DNA of 63,964 bases, the filler included, from Stramenopiles sp. TOSAG23-2 (lineage: Eukaryota): NCBI GenBank assembly GCA_900128395.1. It is 4 parts of 4 records of this genome, joined end to end, with 100 filler letters (N's around TTAATTAATTAA, not from the genome) between each part and the next. Parts side by side here need not be neighbours in the genome. Positions count along the whole stretch, not along the records: positions 1 to 16,326 come from LT649681.1; 3 more parts are not named here. One strand, 5' to 3'. Shown piece by piece: positions 1 through 11,586 of the stretch. The position numbers and the translations under genes were made by a program. Under the pieces are notes generated by a model. It did no database searches. It was not told where the DNA came from and saw nothing but the letters and a program-made list of their open reading frames with translations. Within the stretch, counting starts at the first letter, position 1. Each line of letters starts with the position of its first letter.

Positions 1-440
1 AATTAGATACAAAAGATATATAGACTAGCAAGTACAAGAGTAGACGTCAAAGAACTGAAAGAATAAATACGATACACGATGCTGTGCGACTGGTAATTAG
101 AATTAGATACAAAAGATATATAGACTAGCAAGTACAAGAGTAGACGTCAAAGAACACCATGCTGTGTGCTGTGTGTGCTGTGTGCCTGGTAATTAGGATT
201 AGATACAAAAGATATATAGACTAGCAAGTACAAGAGTAGATGTCAAAGAACACCATGCTGTGTGCTGTGTGCTGTGTGCTGTGTGCTGTGTGCCTGGTAA
301 TTAGGATTAGATACAAAAGATATATAGTCTAACAGGTACAAGAATAGACGTCAAGAACTGAAAGTAAACACCATACTGTGTACCTGGTAATTAGGATTCG
401 ATACAAAAGATATATAGACTAACAAGTACAAGAGTAGAAC
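1..440. repeat. Tandem minisatellite, about 5 copies of a 90-108 bp unit
   Basis: Core ATTAGATACAAAAGATATATAGACTAGCAAGTACAAGAGTAGACGTCAAAGAAC recurs at ~2, 102, 198, 306 and 396. Copies are separated by variable-length (GCTGTGT)n tracts ending in CTGGTAATTAG. Confidence 0.9.
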
Positions 441-1623
441 AAGTAAAAAACATGGCGCTCTCCTATTAATAGAATTTTTTCAATGGTGAATAGTATTATT
501 TGGGATCATAAAATATGCTTTTGGCATGTAATCTACCAAGTATAAGCTTCGATGTCGATAATTTTAATGTACCTTCGTAGTGCTATTACGGCCTAAATGA
601 TGTAATGCTATTCACCTTCTATATTTTAAGGTTTTAAAAATCGTAATCGTCTTTAATCGGCCGTAGATTATACTCGATCCCTTCACTGAACGCCTCGTCT
701 TCCCTTGCTACATACAGGTACAGGCCATAATCAGGAATTCTGAGCGCACAGTAGATTATCGAGTAGAGCTACACTAGCAACCCTCAAATATTTCCCATAG
801 TGAATAGTGTTATTTCTGATTAATTTTATATTTCCCATAGTGAATAGTGTTAAAATTTCAGCATCGACGGTAAAATCGTCCTCAATTTTTGTGGTGGCCA
901 TCGATTTGATGCATATATATGAATAAAAACTAATCTTGGTCATTTAAGGACTCGCTACATATTGTGGTCCTGATATCGTGTTACCATTGACACAGTATGT
1001 ACCTAACGATAATACTATGATAATTTTAATGTACATTAGTAGGTGATTAGCACAAGGCCTAACTCTAATACTATGAAAATGCTAATGTAAATTAGTAGGT
1101 GATTAGTACAAGGAGTTAGGCAACGTTAGTCCTTAAATGTTTATTGTTGTAAATTTGGATATCTAGATATATATGGCCTATACATACATCCATGAATAAA
1201 TGACAAAAACAGCAAAGTTCAATAATATATATATAAGAGCAGACTAGATTATTATAATTATACTGAACAGAATTAGTAGTTAAAGCTACTATATTTTTTT
1301 TAATTTTTTTTTTCTTTCCTTTGCTGATTATTATTTTTTTGATTTATCAATTAATTATATAAAACTAGATTATAATTATACTGAACAGAAATAGAAGGTA
1401 AAGCTTATAATTTGTAATTTTTTTTTCCCTGATTATTATTTTGATTCATTATCAATTATATATATATATCTCCTATTGAAACTGTTCCAATAATTATTCC
1501 ATTTTAATCCAAGGCAGAGGGAGAACAGAATACAACATATAATACAACAGATAATACAACAGAATAAATAAAAAAAATAGTAGCAAACATATCATTTTTC
1601 AACGTACCACTATCATCAACAAC

Positions 1624-4600
1624 ATGCCAACTAATAAATCATTACATCAAATTGAAGGTGTAAATTTCTCGTTTTATACCGAGAAAGAAATAAAAGCATT
1701 ATCCGTATGTCGAGTAGCCTCCGCTACTGACTACGATAAATTGGGGAATTGCACAACTAATAAATCATTACATCAAATTGAAGGTGTAAATTTCTCGTTT
1801 TATACCGAGAAAGAAATAAAAGCATTATCCGTATGTCGAGTAGCCTCCGCTACTGACTACGATAAATTGGGGAATTGCATACAAGGTGGTTTGTACTCGC
1901 CGGAAATGGGACCTGCTACATCAGGAGATCGTGATTGTCGCACCTGTGGTTTGCCATTCCGTGAATGCCCTGGACATTTTGGACATATTAATTTATGTGT
2001 ACCAGTATGGAATCCTAATTTATTTAATACTATTTATCGTTTATTACGATATAAATGTTTTAATTGCAATCGATTGAAACACGATAAAATCACGGTAGAT
2101 ACATTAATATTGCAAATGAAATTAATACAACATGGAAAAACGTTAGATGCATTGAAATTACAAGAGAAATTAAATGGACGTGATGGAAATTTTAATGAAG
2201 AAAGTGATATAGAACGTAAAAAACGTATGAAATCTATATTACGTGCATATGAAAAGAAAATACGTGATTTAAAACCTGTAAAACGTTTACATATACATGA
2301 TAAATCTACGTTAAATCAATTAATTAAAGCATTTTGGGCAAAAAGTCCCGCTTCACACCAACCATGTAGAAATTGTGGTGCATATTCACCTGGATTAAGA
2401 AAAGTTGGACATTTACAATTGTTTTTAAAAGCAATTCCAGAAAAACATAAACGTTCAAATGATTTAAAAGGAATATTTTTACGTGAATACAATAGTACAA
2501 ATGGAAGTAAAAAGAATCGAAAAAAGACAAAGAAAAAAAAGAAACAACAGGATAATAGTGATGGTAGTAGTGATGATGATGAAAATTCATCATCACTATC
2601 CTCCTCCTCTTCATCTTCCTCTTCGTCATCATTGGATAGTGATAGTGATAATGAAGAAGAAACGAAAGAGCAACAAAAAAACGAGAGAAAAAAATCAACA
2701 CTCCTTTCACCATTAAAAGCTGAAAAAATGTTACAATCATTATTTGCTCAAGATGGAGAAATATTATCACTTATTTTTTCCGGTGCAACGGTGGAATCAT
2801 TTTTTATTAAAACAGTACCAGTTGTTCCATCACGTTTTCGACCACCCGCTGTTATGGGGGATCTAAATTTTGTACATCCATTAAATACTACCATGGCAAG
2901 AATTATAAATGCTAACGACAACTTGTTACGTTCACAACAACAATTACAACAAGAAAAAATTGGAAATAATAATATCAATATAAATACAACAAGACGTACA
3001 ATGAATTATTGGGCTGATTTAATTGATTCAGTCAATAGTTTAATTGATAGTACAAAAAATGTTAGGGATCGACCCGTTGCAGGTAAGGAACCCCCAGCTG
3101 GTTTAAGACAAGTATTGGAGAAAAAAGAAGGTTTATTTCGTAGGAATATGATGGGAAAACGTGTAAATTTTGCAGCAAGATCTGTTATTTCCCCAGATTT
3201 ATATATTGATACAAATGAAGTTGGAGTACCATTGAAATTTGCAAAGGGTTTAAGCTATCCAACAGTTGTTACAGCATATAATGTGGAGGAATTGCGTAAA
3301 GCGGTACAAAATGGACATGATATACATCCTGGTGCTAATTTTGTGATAGATGAATTTGGTGAAAAAACAGATTTAAAACAACTGGATGCACATGGACGCC
3401 TTGCAATATCTCAAACATTATTGACGAAAAATAGCTTAGCACCACCTGGAAGTAATAAAAAAGTCATGCGCCATTTAATCAATGGTGATGTATTAATATT
3501 AAATCGCCAACCATCCTTACATAAACCATCGATGATGGCACATGTTGCTAGAATTTTACCAAATCCAAAATGGCAAACTATCCGAATGCATTATGCAAAT
3601 TGTAACAGTTACAATGCAGATTTTGATGGAGATGAAATCAATATGCATTGTCCACAAGGTGAATTATCAAGAAGTGAATCATATCATATTGCACAAACAT
3701 CACATCAATATATTGTGCCAACGGATGGTAGTCCATTACGTGGTTTGATACAAGACCATGTTGGTGCTGGTGTTTTATTAACAAAACGTGATACATTTTT
3801 TACACGTGATCAATATTTTCAACTACTTGCTACTGTTAGTGAATCATTAAAAGGTGCACCATCACATGTAATAACATTACCTCCATGTATTTTAAAACCA
3901 CAAGAATTATGGTCTGGGAAACAAATTATATCCACGTTACTTTGTATGCTTATGTATGATGAAAAAAATCCATTCGATCGTTCCAAAGATTTGCCACAAA
4001 GATCATGGCTTAACATGGACGGAAAAGCAAAATTAAATCCATCCATGGGTTGGGGAAAAGAACAAGAAGAGCATTTAATTTTAGTTCGGGAAAACCAATT
4101 GTTACGTGGTGTATTAGATAAAAGTCAATTTGGTTCCTCTGCATATGGATTAGTGCATTGTTTCTATGAATTATATGGATCTAGAAAAACCGAGTTGTTA
4201 TTAACTGCACTTGGCCGTTTATTTACGTTATTTTTGCAACAAATGGGTGCATATACGTGTGGTTTAGAAGACATGGTTTTAACTATGAAAGCAGATATGA
4301 AACGTAGAGATCAAATAAAAGCAAGTGTAGATGATGGTATTAATGCAATAAAACGTTGGGTAGTAAAAGAAGGAAAACGTCAAGAGGAAGAACAAAATAA
4401 TGACGACGATATTGAAATGAAGGAGGACGATCTAGAAAATATTTCCATCGAAGATGCATTGGAAGATGCTATTAAACGGGGTTTAAGTGAAAAAATTGAT
4501 AGTGTATATAAATCAGTTACCATGCCAGCGGCATCTTCCATTATTAAAACGGCTTTACCAGGTGGTTTACGACGATCATTTCCTATTAATAATTTATCAT

Positions 4601-7368
4601 TGATGGTATTAACAGGTGCAAAGGGATCATTAGTCAACCATTCTCAAATCTCATGTTTATTAGGACAACAAGAGTTAGAAGGAAAACGTGTACCCGTCAT
4701 GGTAAGTGGAAAGACATTGCCAGCATTTCCACCATATGACCCACGTCCACGAGCAGGCGGTTTTATTACGGATAGATTTTTAACTGGTGTACGTCCTCAA
4801 GATTATTATTTTCATTGTATGTCAGGGCGGGAAGGTTTAGTCGATACTGCGGTGAAAACAAGCCGTTCTGGGTATTTACAACGTTGTATTGTGAAGCATA
4901 TGGAAGATTTAAGTATCGCATATGATCGCACTGTTCGTGATGCAGATGGTAGTTGCATACAATTTTTATATAGTGCGGATGGTTTAGACCCAACGAAAGT
5001 ATCATTGTTAACAGGAGAAGATCGTCAAATGAAATTTGTAGCAATGAATACGAATGCATTGATTACTAAACACATGCCAGATACAAGTTCAAGAGATGCA
5101 TTTGGAGAATCATTATTGGCAACCAAAGTTTATGAATATGCTGACAAAGAAACTAGCAGTCGGAATAATAAGAATAGAAGCAGCTATAATTTAAAATTTA
5201 AAGAAGGGGATGTAGTGGAAGCGAAACGTAAATCAAATGAAGCGTTTGGTAATTGGACTTCGACATGGCATCCAGCTCGTATTATTAAACGCCGTAAAGA
5301 TCGTGTCTATGATGTAGAATATTTAGATTACCGTATAGGCGATACAGTAAAATTACAGAAAATTGTATTTAATAAACAAAAAGCAACAAAAGGAAAAATT
5401 GTACGAAAATATGGATATTATAAATATTTAGTACAGGAAGATGGTTCAAGTAAAACAAAGATAATTGGTGTAGATATGATCAATCAAGGACAAGTGACAA
5501 AACGTATTCCACAATCCATCCCATCATTAACTGCTGCTCATGGCAATGATGCAAAGAAAAATATTGATTTAACATCTGTTACAAATCGCATATTGATACG
5601 TAATGGTCAATTAGATCCACCAATATTTGGAGATTTAAGTGTCGATTTGCATTTAGGTGCAGTTAGTGAAGCATTTCATGGTCAAATAAGAAATTTTTGT
5701 AATGATGAAAAGAATTCATTGGCGTTAAAAGAAAATAATGTAAGAGTAGATCAATTTGAACAATTGCTTTATATGATGAATATGAAAAGTTTAGCAGATC
5801 CTGGTGAAGCAGTTGGATGCTTAGCTGCACAATCAATTGGTGAGCCAAGTACCCAAATGACGTTAAATACATTTCACTTGGCTGGAACAGGTATGGCTAA
5901 TGTGACGTTAGGTATACCTCGATTAAGAGAAATCGTCATGTCTGCAAGTGCTGATTTGAAAACACCAGTAATGTCCTTTCCAATTCAAAGCGATGGGAGT
6001 AAAAAAGGAAATAAAATTGCTGAGAAAGAAGCACAAGATATTGCTGCAAAATTAAAACGTATTAGTATAAATGAATTATTAGATCCAAGAAATGCTATCA
6101 CAGTCGTTGAATCAGTAGTATACGATGAGTTGATCGAAAAAGCAGCAAGGGAATACCGTGTTACTTTGCAAGTTGCTGATGTAAATGCAATTAAATCTCA
6201 TTTTAATATTAATATTGATACCATTGTCAATAGTGCACGTACGGTATTAACGCGAAGTATATTGAAACAAATTAAAGCTGTGTTAAAAATACAAACAGGA
6301 ATTAGCCTCAGTGGTAGTACATCTGCAGTAGCTAGTAGTAATAATGATAAAGATGCGACCCAACGAAATAGAGCAGATAGTGTTGCAGAGGAGCCGACAT
6401 ATGAAAGCGAAGCAGAAGATCAAAAAAATAAAAATGGTGGTAAAAGTGAAGAAGATGATAGCAGCGATAGCTCATCAACTAGCGGCGGCGACGACGACGC
6501 CGACGATGATGATGAAGGCGATGGTAAAAATAATGTAGCATCGTACATACCAAAACCAAATAGATTTGTAAATATCCCGCCTGATGTTCAAAAAAGTAGT
6601 TATTTCCGTTCCGTAGAATTGAAACATGGAAATCAAATTGAATTGATTTTTCAAACACCAATACATGCTAAAAAATTACTAATGTTATCAATTACAGAAA
6701 GTTGCGTGGAACAAGTATATGTACACCAAACATATGGGATTACAAATGCATTCCCATTATTCAATAAAAAAGTATCAAAATGGTTTGTGCATACGGAAGG
6801 TGTTAATTTTGACGCTGTATGGAATTTGAAAAATGCTTTGATCGAGTTAAATCAATTCAATACAAATGATATCGCTGCTATGGCTAGAATTTATGGCGCA
6901 GAAGCAGGAAGAGCATGTTTGATTCAACAAATATTAAGTGTATTTGGTGTGTACGGTATTACTATTGATAGCAGGCATTTATGTTTGGTAGCAGATTATA
7001 TGTTTCATACGGGTAAATTTGTCGGTATGAATAGAATAGGTATTAAGGAAACAAAAGCATCTTCGCCATTTCAACAAATGTCTTTTGAAACATGTGCTAC
7101 ATTTTTAACTAGTTCAACTGTCTCTGGAAAAGTAGATAATTTAACAAGTCCAAGTAGTCAAATTGTTCTTGGACGAGTTCCGGGTTTAGGAACTGGTACT
7201 TGTGAAGTTATGGTTGATTATGAAAAGATGGTAAATTTCGGACAAGAGCAAGCGTTACGAAATGCAAGGCGACAAATGAAGAGTAAAAATGCAGGGAGCG
7301 GTGGTGATAATCAAACGAAACGGTTGATTGATGATACGAATGAGCATTTGAATCATTCGTCGAAGTAG
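1624..7368 (+). CDS. RPA1: DNA-directed RNA polymerase I largest subunit
   Basis: 1914-aa ORF with Zn-binding CRTC..ECPGHFGHI, KKEGLFRRNMMGKRVNFAARSVISPD, LNRQPSLHKPS, catalytic YNADFDGDE, REGLVDTAVKTSRSGYLQR and the Pol I-type GEPSTQMTLNTFHLAG..NVTLGIPRLREI. It has acidic expander-like regions and no CTD. Confidence 0.97.
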   Translation: MPTNKSLHQIEGVNFSFYTEKEIKALSVCRVASATDYDKLGNCTTNKSLHQIEGVNFSFYTEKEIKALSVCRVASATDYDKLGNCIQGGLYSPEMGPATSGDRDCRTCGLPFRECPGHFGHINLCVPVWNPNLFNTIYRLLRYKCFNCNRLKHDKITVDTLILQMKLIQHGKTLDALKLQEKLNGRDGNFNEESDIERKKRMKSILRAYEKKIRDLKPVKRLHIHDKSTLNQLIKAFWAKSPASHQPCRNCGAYSPGLRKVGHLQLFLKAIPEKHKRSNDLKGIFLREYNSTNGSKKNRKKTKKKKKQQDNSDGSSDDDENSSSLSSSSSSSSSSSLDSDSDNEEETKEQQKNERKKSTLLSPLKAEKMLQSLFAQDGEILSLIFSGATVESFFIKTVPVVPSRFRPPAVMGDLNFVHPLNTTMARIINANDNLLRSQQQLQQEKIGNNNININTTRRTMNYWADLIDSVNSLIDSTKNVRDRPVAGKEPPAGLRQVLEKKEGLFRRNMMGKRVNFAARSVISPDLYIDTNEVGVPLKFAKGLSYPTVVTAYNVEELRKAVQNGHDIHPGANFVIDEFGEKTDLKQLDAHGRLAISQTLLTKNSLAPPGSNKKVMRHLINGDVLILNRQPSLHKPSMMAHVARILPNPKWQTIRMHYANCNSYNADFDGDEINMHCPQGELSRSESYHIAQTSHQYIVPTDGSPLRGLIQDHVGAGVLLTKRDTFFTRDQYFQLLATVSESLKGAPSHVITLPPCILKPQELWSGKQIISTLLCMLMYDEKNPFDRSKDLPQRSWLNMDGKAKLNPSMGWGKEQEEHLILVRENQLLRGVLDKSQFGSSAYGLVHCFYELYGSRKTELLLTALGRLFTLFLQQMGAYTCGLEDMVLTMKADMKRRDQIKASVDDGINAIKRWVVKEGKRQEEEQNNDDDIEMKEDDLENISIEDALEDAIKRGLSEKIDSVYKSVTMPAASSIIKTALPGGLRRSFPINNLSLMVLTGAKGSLVNHSQISCLLGQQELEGKRVPVMVSGKTLPAFPPYDPRPRAGGFITDRFLTGVRPQDYYFHCMSGREGLVDTAVKTSRSGYLQRCIVKHMEDLSIAYDRTVRDADGSCIQFLYSADGLDPTKVSLLTGEDRQMKFVAMNTNALITKHMPDTSSRDAFGESLLATKVYEYADKETSSRNNKNRSSYNLKFKEGDVVEAKRKSNEAFGNWTSTWHPARIIKRRKDRVYDVEYLDYRIGDTVKLQKIVFNKQKATKGKIVRKYGYYKYLVQEDGSSKTKIIGVDMINQGQVTKRIPQSIPSLTAAHGNDAKKNIDLTSVTNRILIRNGQLDPPIFGDLSVDLHLGAVSEAFHGQIRNFCNDEKNSLALKENNVRVDQFEQLLYMMNMKSLADPGEAVGCLAAQSIGEPSTQMTLNTFHLAGTGMANVTLGIPRLREIVMSASADLKTPVMSFPIQSDGSKKGNKIAEKEAQDIAAKLKRISINELLDPRNAITVVESVVYDELIEKAAREYRVTLQVADVNAIKSHFNINIDTIVNSARTVLTRSILKQIKAVLKIQTGISLSGSTSAVASSNNDKDATQRNRADSVAEEPTYESEAEDQKNKNGGKSEEDDSSDSSSTSGGDDDADDDDEGDGKNNVASYIPKPNRFVNIPPDVQKSSYFRSVELKHGNQIELIFQTPIHAKKLLMLSITESCVEQVYVHQTYGITNAFPLFNKKVSKWFVHTEGVNFDAVWNLKNALIELNQFNTNDIAAMARIYGAEAGRACLIQQILSVFGVYGITIDSRHLCLVADYMFHTGKFVGMNRIGIKETKASSPFQQMSFETCATFLTSSTVSGKVDNLTSPSSQIVLGRVPGLGTGTCEVMVDYEKMVNFGQEQALRNARRQMKSKNAGSGGDNQTKRLIDDTNEHLNHSSK
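1628..1879. repeat. Exact 126-bp tandem duplication at the RPA1 5' end (probable assembly artefact)
   Basis: 1628-1753 is identical to 1754-1879, which duplicates TNKSLHQ...KLGNC in frame. Confidence 0.9.
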
Positions 7369-8470
7369 AGAGTGTATTGATCTGTTAATTTACGTGTAAT
7401 TTCTTCTTTCTCATCGACCGCACGTTTTAATTCTTCTTTTACTTTTAATAAATCAGATGATAATTCAATTGCTTGATTTTCTTTTAATGTATATCGTTCA
7501 TCAAATGCTTTTAATTCTTGTCGTATTATAACAATTTCTGCTTTATTCATATCTGCATTGTAATTATTTGATAATATATCTGAATTTAATTTATTAATTT
7601 CAGATTCTTTTCCAATTAATGTTTGATTTAATGTTATATTTTCATTTTTTAATAATATTAATTCTGCTTTTGCCATTTCCAATTCATTTGATAATTGCAA
7701 TGCATTTGTTTTATTTTGATTTGCCTCATTTAAACGTTTTGTTGCTAATTCTGCTTTTGCTTTTAATGTTGCTTTTTCCAATGAATATTCTTTTTGTTGA
7801 AATTCACATGTATGTTTCAATGTATTATAATCATGTTCTACTTTCGATAACATTTTATTTTTTAAATGTAATTTTTCTATAATATAAAATATGTAAGATC
7901 AATGGTTAGTATATATATATATATGTAATTTATAATAATATGCGTGTAGTGTAGGCGTCTATATATATATTTCCTTTGTATAGATTAATACGTACCTTCT
8001 AATTGTTGATATTGATCTTTTAATTTTAATATAATTTGATTTGATGTTTTATTATTACTATTAGTGGATGATAATTGTTCTGATAATAATTCAATATGTT
8101 CTTGAGATGTATCTAATGCATCTTCTAACTCATGATTCCGTGCTAATAGTTGAAAATGATTTTTATCACTGGTATTATTATGAATAACATTATACGGTGA
8201 TGATGCTGAAAATGATATATTAATTGGTGTATCTTCCATACTATCATGATCAGATAAAATATTGTTATCGTAGCTACTACTACTTGCTACTAATAGTTCA
8301 TTGATATTATCGTTATCGCCCTCTTCCTCATTTTTAGGTGATTTTTGTAAATATTCTCCAATTCCTAAACGTGTTGATATACGATTACGATGTTGTTTCC
8401 ATTCTACTAACGGTGTTGAGTCTGCTTCTTTGGACCATTCGGATAAACGTTCTTCTTGTGGTCCTGACAT
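7353..8470 (-). CDS. Two-exon coiled-coil protein of unknown function
   Basis: Exon 1 is 8470-7996 and exon 2 is 7876-7353. An AT-rich GTACGT...TATAG intron (7995-7877) joins the two ORFs in frame (G|AA AAA TTA CAT). The protein is heptad-like and E/K/L/N-rich. Confidence 0.7.
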
Positions 8471-9718
8471 TGTTTATATATATATGTATATATCTTATAA
8501 CTAAAAGGTGATATGTACTTTTATCTTTCCATCAAGTCTATTTATGTGTATTGTTTTGTATATATATATATATATATATATATAACTGTAATTAATTATA
8601 ATAACGTTCGTTCTTGTTGAGTAAAAGGGTGGTATATATATATGGACACAGCATTGTACCATAGACACAGGGGGTGTTATAATCAAGGAAATTGGCATGT
8701 TGTCCTTTTCAATTTATTCATCGTGTATCCAAACTAAACCCAGGCCATATGGTTGAGACCCTTTTTTGTGTTTTTGTTCGGTACAAAATTTGCATATGCT
8801 GAGCATATATTGCAAATGCAATTTCCATTAGTGTTCACGGACATCCAAGTGGGAATGTAACCACCATTATATTTTGATTTCGCCGATTCTATTATTCATC
8901 AACATGCGGAAGCATTCATTCACTTTTTCTGCTTGTTCTTTTGTAATCGATTAAAAATTTGATGTATAGAGGATATGATGTATCTATGTGTCAATTTGAG
9001 GTTCATGAACAAGAACTATGCAGTTTGTGATGAAACATTGTTTGAGGATGTTGCATCTGTCTTCGATGATATTACACTAGAAGGTGGAGACAATGATAAT
9101 AATGATGAAATTGTAAACAATGACAATGCACTACAGAATCGTTCAGGTGGTAATGAGGTTATTGTATTATCTGGTGATATCAAAAAATATATATAGCTTC
9201 TATATCTACCACAGCACCACAGCACCATTACAGCAACGTTTTCGTAGACTATACTCGTATAGGCAGTGTTTGTACTAGAAACATCATCCATTCTAGCATT
9301 TCGGCCTGCCTGGCCTGCACGCCTGCACGCCTGCACTGCACTCCAGCATCCAGCACTCCAGGCTGGCCCAGCTGGCAGGGAAGGTCAGCAGGCACTCCAG
9401 CACTCCTTTGCTGTGTTATAATATTAATAGTGTTGTTTTTATTATAGTATATTTTTTATTATTATTATTATTTATTATTATTATTATTTTTATTTTATTA
9501 TATTAGCACATTATTATATTTTTGTGCTTTTTACAAAAAAAGTATACTACTGAGGGTTTTTTTTATCAAAAGTTTTAAATACGAGTATATAACTCAGATT
9601 ATTATATATACATATGATCGCAGTTCTGATGCCCAAATATATTTACACAATCTTGTGCGGATTACTAACATCTATGCGAGTCATATTGTTAGGATACTGA
9701 AATATATTTACATCATAT

Positions 9719-11314
9719 ATGGCTGAAATTGTTGTGAAAGACATCGAACTTGTATGTCCTGTTGATGAAAAGGTAGACCACCCTCTACCTGGAGGTCTTA
9801 ATCGTAACTCTTGGTTTGAACATGCACACATTGAGACGGGGAGGCGCAAAAGTGTAATTTTATTGGGGCAAGAAGTTATTACCGACGAATGGTTGCAGTG
9901 GCGTGTGAAGTGGGGACAACGTGGAATTACATTTTTTGGAATTTATATGGTTATATGTTACGTATTATCTGGTGAAGCATTTGGTGCACTACGAATTATT
10001 TCAATTGTATTTGGGACAATCGTAATATTTTTTGTGCTTATGCTATATTACAAAAATATATCACGTGTGATTATGAAACGATTGTTGCATGAACCAAACG
10101 TCATCGTTATTATATTATTAAGTTTTTGTATTTTTATTATAGATGTAGCACGGCCACAGGATCCATCATCTCCTGTTCTTGGACTACTGTATCTTTTAGT
10201 AGTAAATAGTCTTGTTCTTTCTGATGCAATAAAATTAAAAAGTCGTATATTTATTATTTTTATAGGAGTTTTATTCGTATTATTGAATATACATAATTTG
10301 TATAATCGTGTATTTAACACAACGGAAAAAGGAATAGTTCTGATTGAATACACGATACAGGGTGAAGAAGAAATAGTAATGACACGCTCCAGCAAACGAT
10401 CGATTTTTTTGCAAATTGTTTTATATAGTATTACTGGTTTATATACAATGTATAAAGATAAGAAAATGGAATTAATGATGTTTGCTACTGGGAATATTTA
10501 CCGAAATAGTGGAACAGCATTAAAGGATGCAGAGGATGAAGAAGCTTCAGAAGAGGTTCAAAGGCGTCAAAGTGTAAAATTATTAGCGCAGGAATATATT
10601 TTGGATGAATCGTTAAAGTGGCGTGTAAAATTAGGGCAATATGGGATAGGATCCTGCGGTATGATTGCTGTGATATGTTATATCGCCGCACATTTCAACA
10701 TTGCACTATTGGTTGGCACGATGGTATTTGGTGGAATAACGATAATATTTTTTGCTATAATGTATTACAGAAATATATCGATTATGATTATGAAACGGTT
10801 GTCACAGGAATTGAATGTTGTTGTCATTGTGACATACAGTTTTTTTAATTGGGCTATCGATATTGGGCGGCCGCATAATCTAGTTTCACCTGTGTTAGGG
10901 CTAATATACCTATTAGTTATAAATGCGTTTATCTTTATTGATGCGGTAAAATTAAAAAGTCGAAAGTTTGTCGTATTCATTGGCAGTGTGTTTATCATGT
11001 TGAACTTATATAATATTTATGGAAATACATTAGGAAATTGGAATCATAATGTAATTTTATTGAAATATACTGTATATGGCGAAGAATATAAATTGATGAA
11101 ACGCTCAATAAAAAGATCAATGTTTCTACAAATGATATTATTTAGTATGTCGGGTGTATATACCATGTTCAAAGATAAAAACATGGAATTAATGATATTT
11201 GCAACTGGGAATATTTGCCGTAAAACTGGAACAGCTTCGAAGGATGTAGAAGATAAATCATTTGCAAGGAAGGTAGAACGAGAAAAAAAGGCTTCCGCCA
11301 GAGAGATTCTCTGA
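9719..11314 (+). CDS. Multi-pass membrane protein made of two homologous halves, unknown family
   Basis: 531 aa. Both halves start with DE.L.WRVK.GQ.G and end with KDK.MELM.FATGNI.R..GTA.KD.ED. Each half has several hydrophobic segments. Confidence 0.8.
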   Translation: MAEIVVKDIELVCPVDEKVDHPLPGGLNRNSWFEHAHIETGRRKSVILLGQEVITDEWLQWRVKWGQRGITFFGIYMVICYVLSGEAFGALRIISIVFGTIVIFFVLMLYYKNISRVIMKRLLHEPNVIVIILLSFCIFIIDVARPQDPSSPVLGLLYLLVVNSLVLSDAIKLKSRIFIIFIGVLFVLLNIHNLYNRVFNTTEKGIVLIEYTIQGEEEIVMTRSSKRSIFLQIVLYSITGLYTMYKDKKMELMMFATGNIYRNSGTALKDAEDEEASEEVQRRQSVKLLAQEYILDESLKWRVKLGQYGIGSCGMIAVICYIAAHFNIALLVGTMVFGGITIIFFAIMYYRNISIMIMKRLSQELNVVVIVTYSFFNWAIDIGRPHNLVSPVLGLIYLLVINAFIFIDAVKLKSRKFVVFIGSVFIMLNLYNIYGNTLGNWNHNVILLKYTVYGEEYKLMKRSIKRSMFLQMILFSMSGVYTMFKDKNMELMIFATGNICRKTGTASKDVEDKSFARKVEREKKASAREIL

Positions 11315-11586
11315 TTCCGCACCTTTTAAAATAGGTGTGTGGTAATATAAATGGCAATACATATTAATTTATATATTTTTAAAATTATATATTCGTATAT
11401 ATTTACCTCCACCAAACTTGTACTTTCAACAACTTTAGTAAAATTGAACACAATTCTAATATAAAAATAAAAAAAAATACTCGTAATAAAAATATTATAT
11501 TCGTATTATATAATTTTTAAAAAAAACTTTGATTTTTAACACACACACACACACATTATGTATCCTCCCTCTAGATCTCTCCTTTT

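Noticed and set aside
1-440. CRISPR-like repeat/spacer array
   Set aside because: The repeats are too long, the spacers are related to each other and microsatellite-derived, there are no cas genes and the context is eukaryotic.
1628-1879. Biologically duplicated RPA1 N-terminus
   Set aside because: It is a perfect 126-bp copy of a length typical of assembler overlap errors, and similar cases occur elsewhere in the window.
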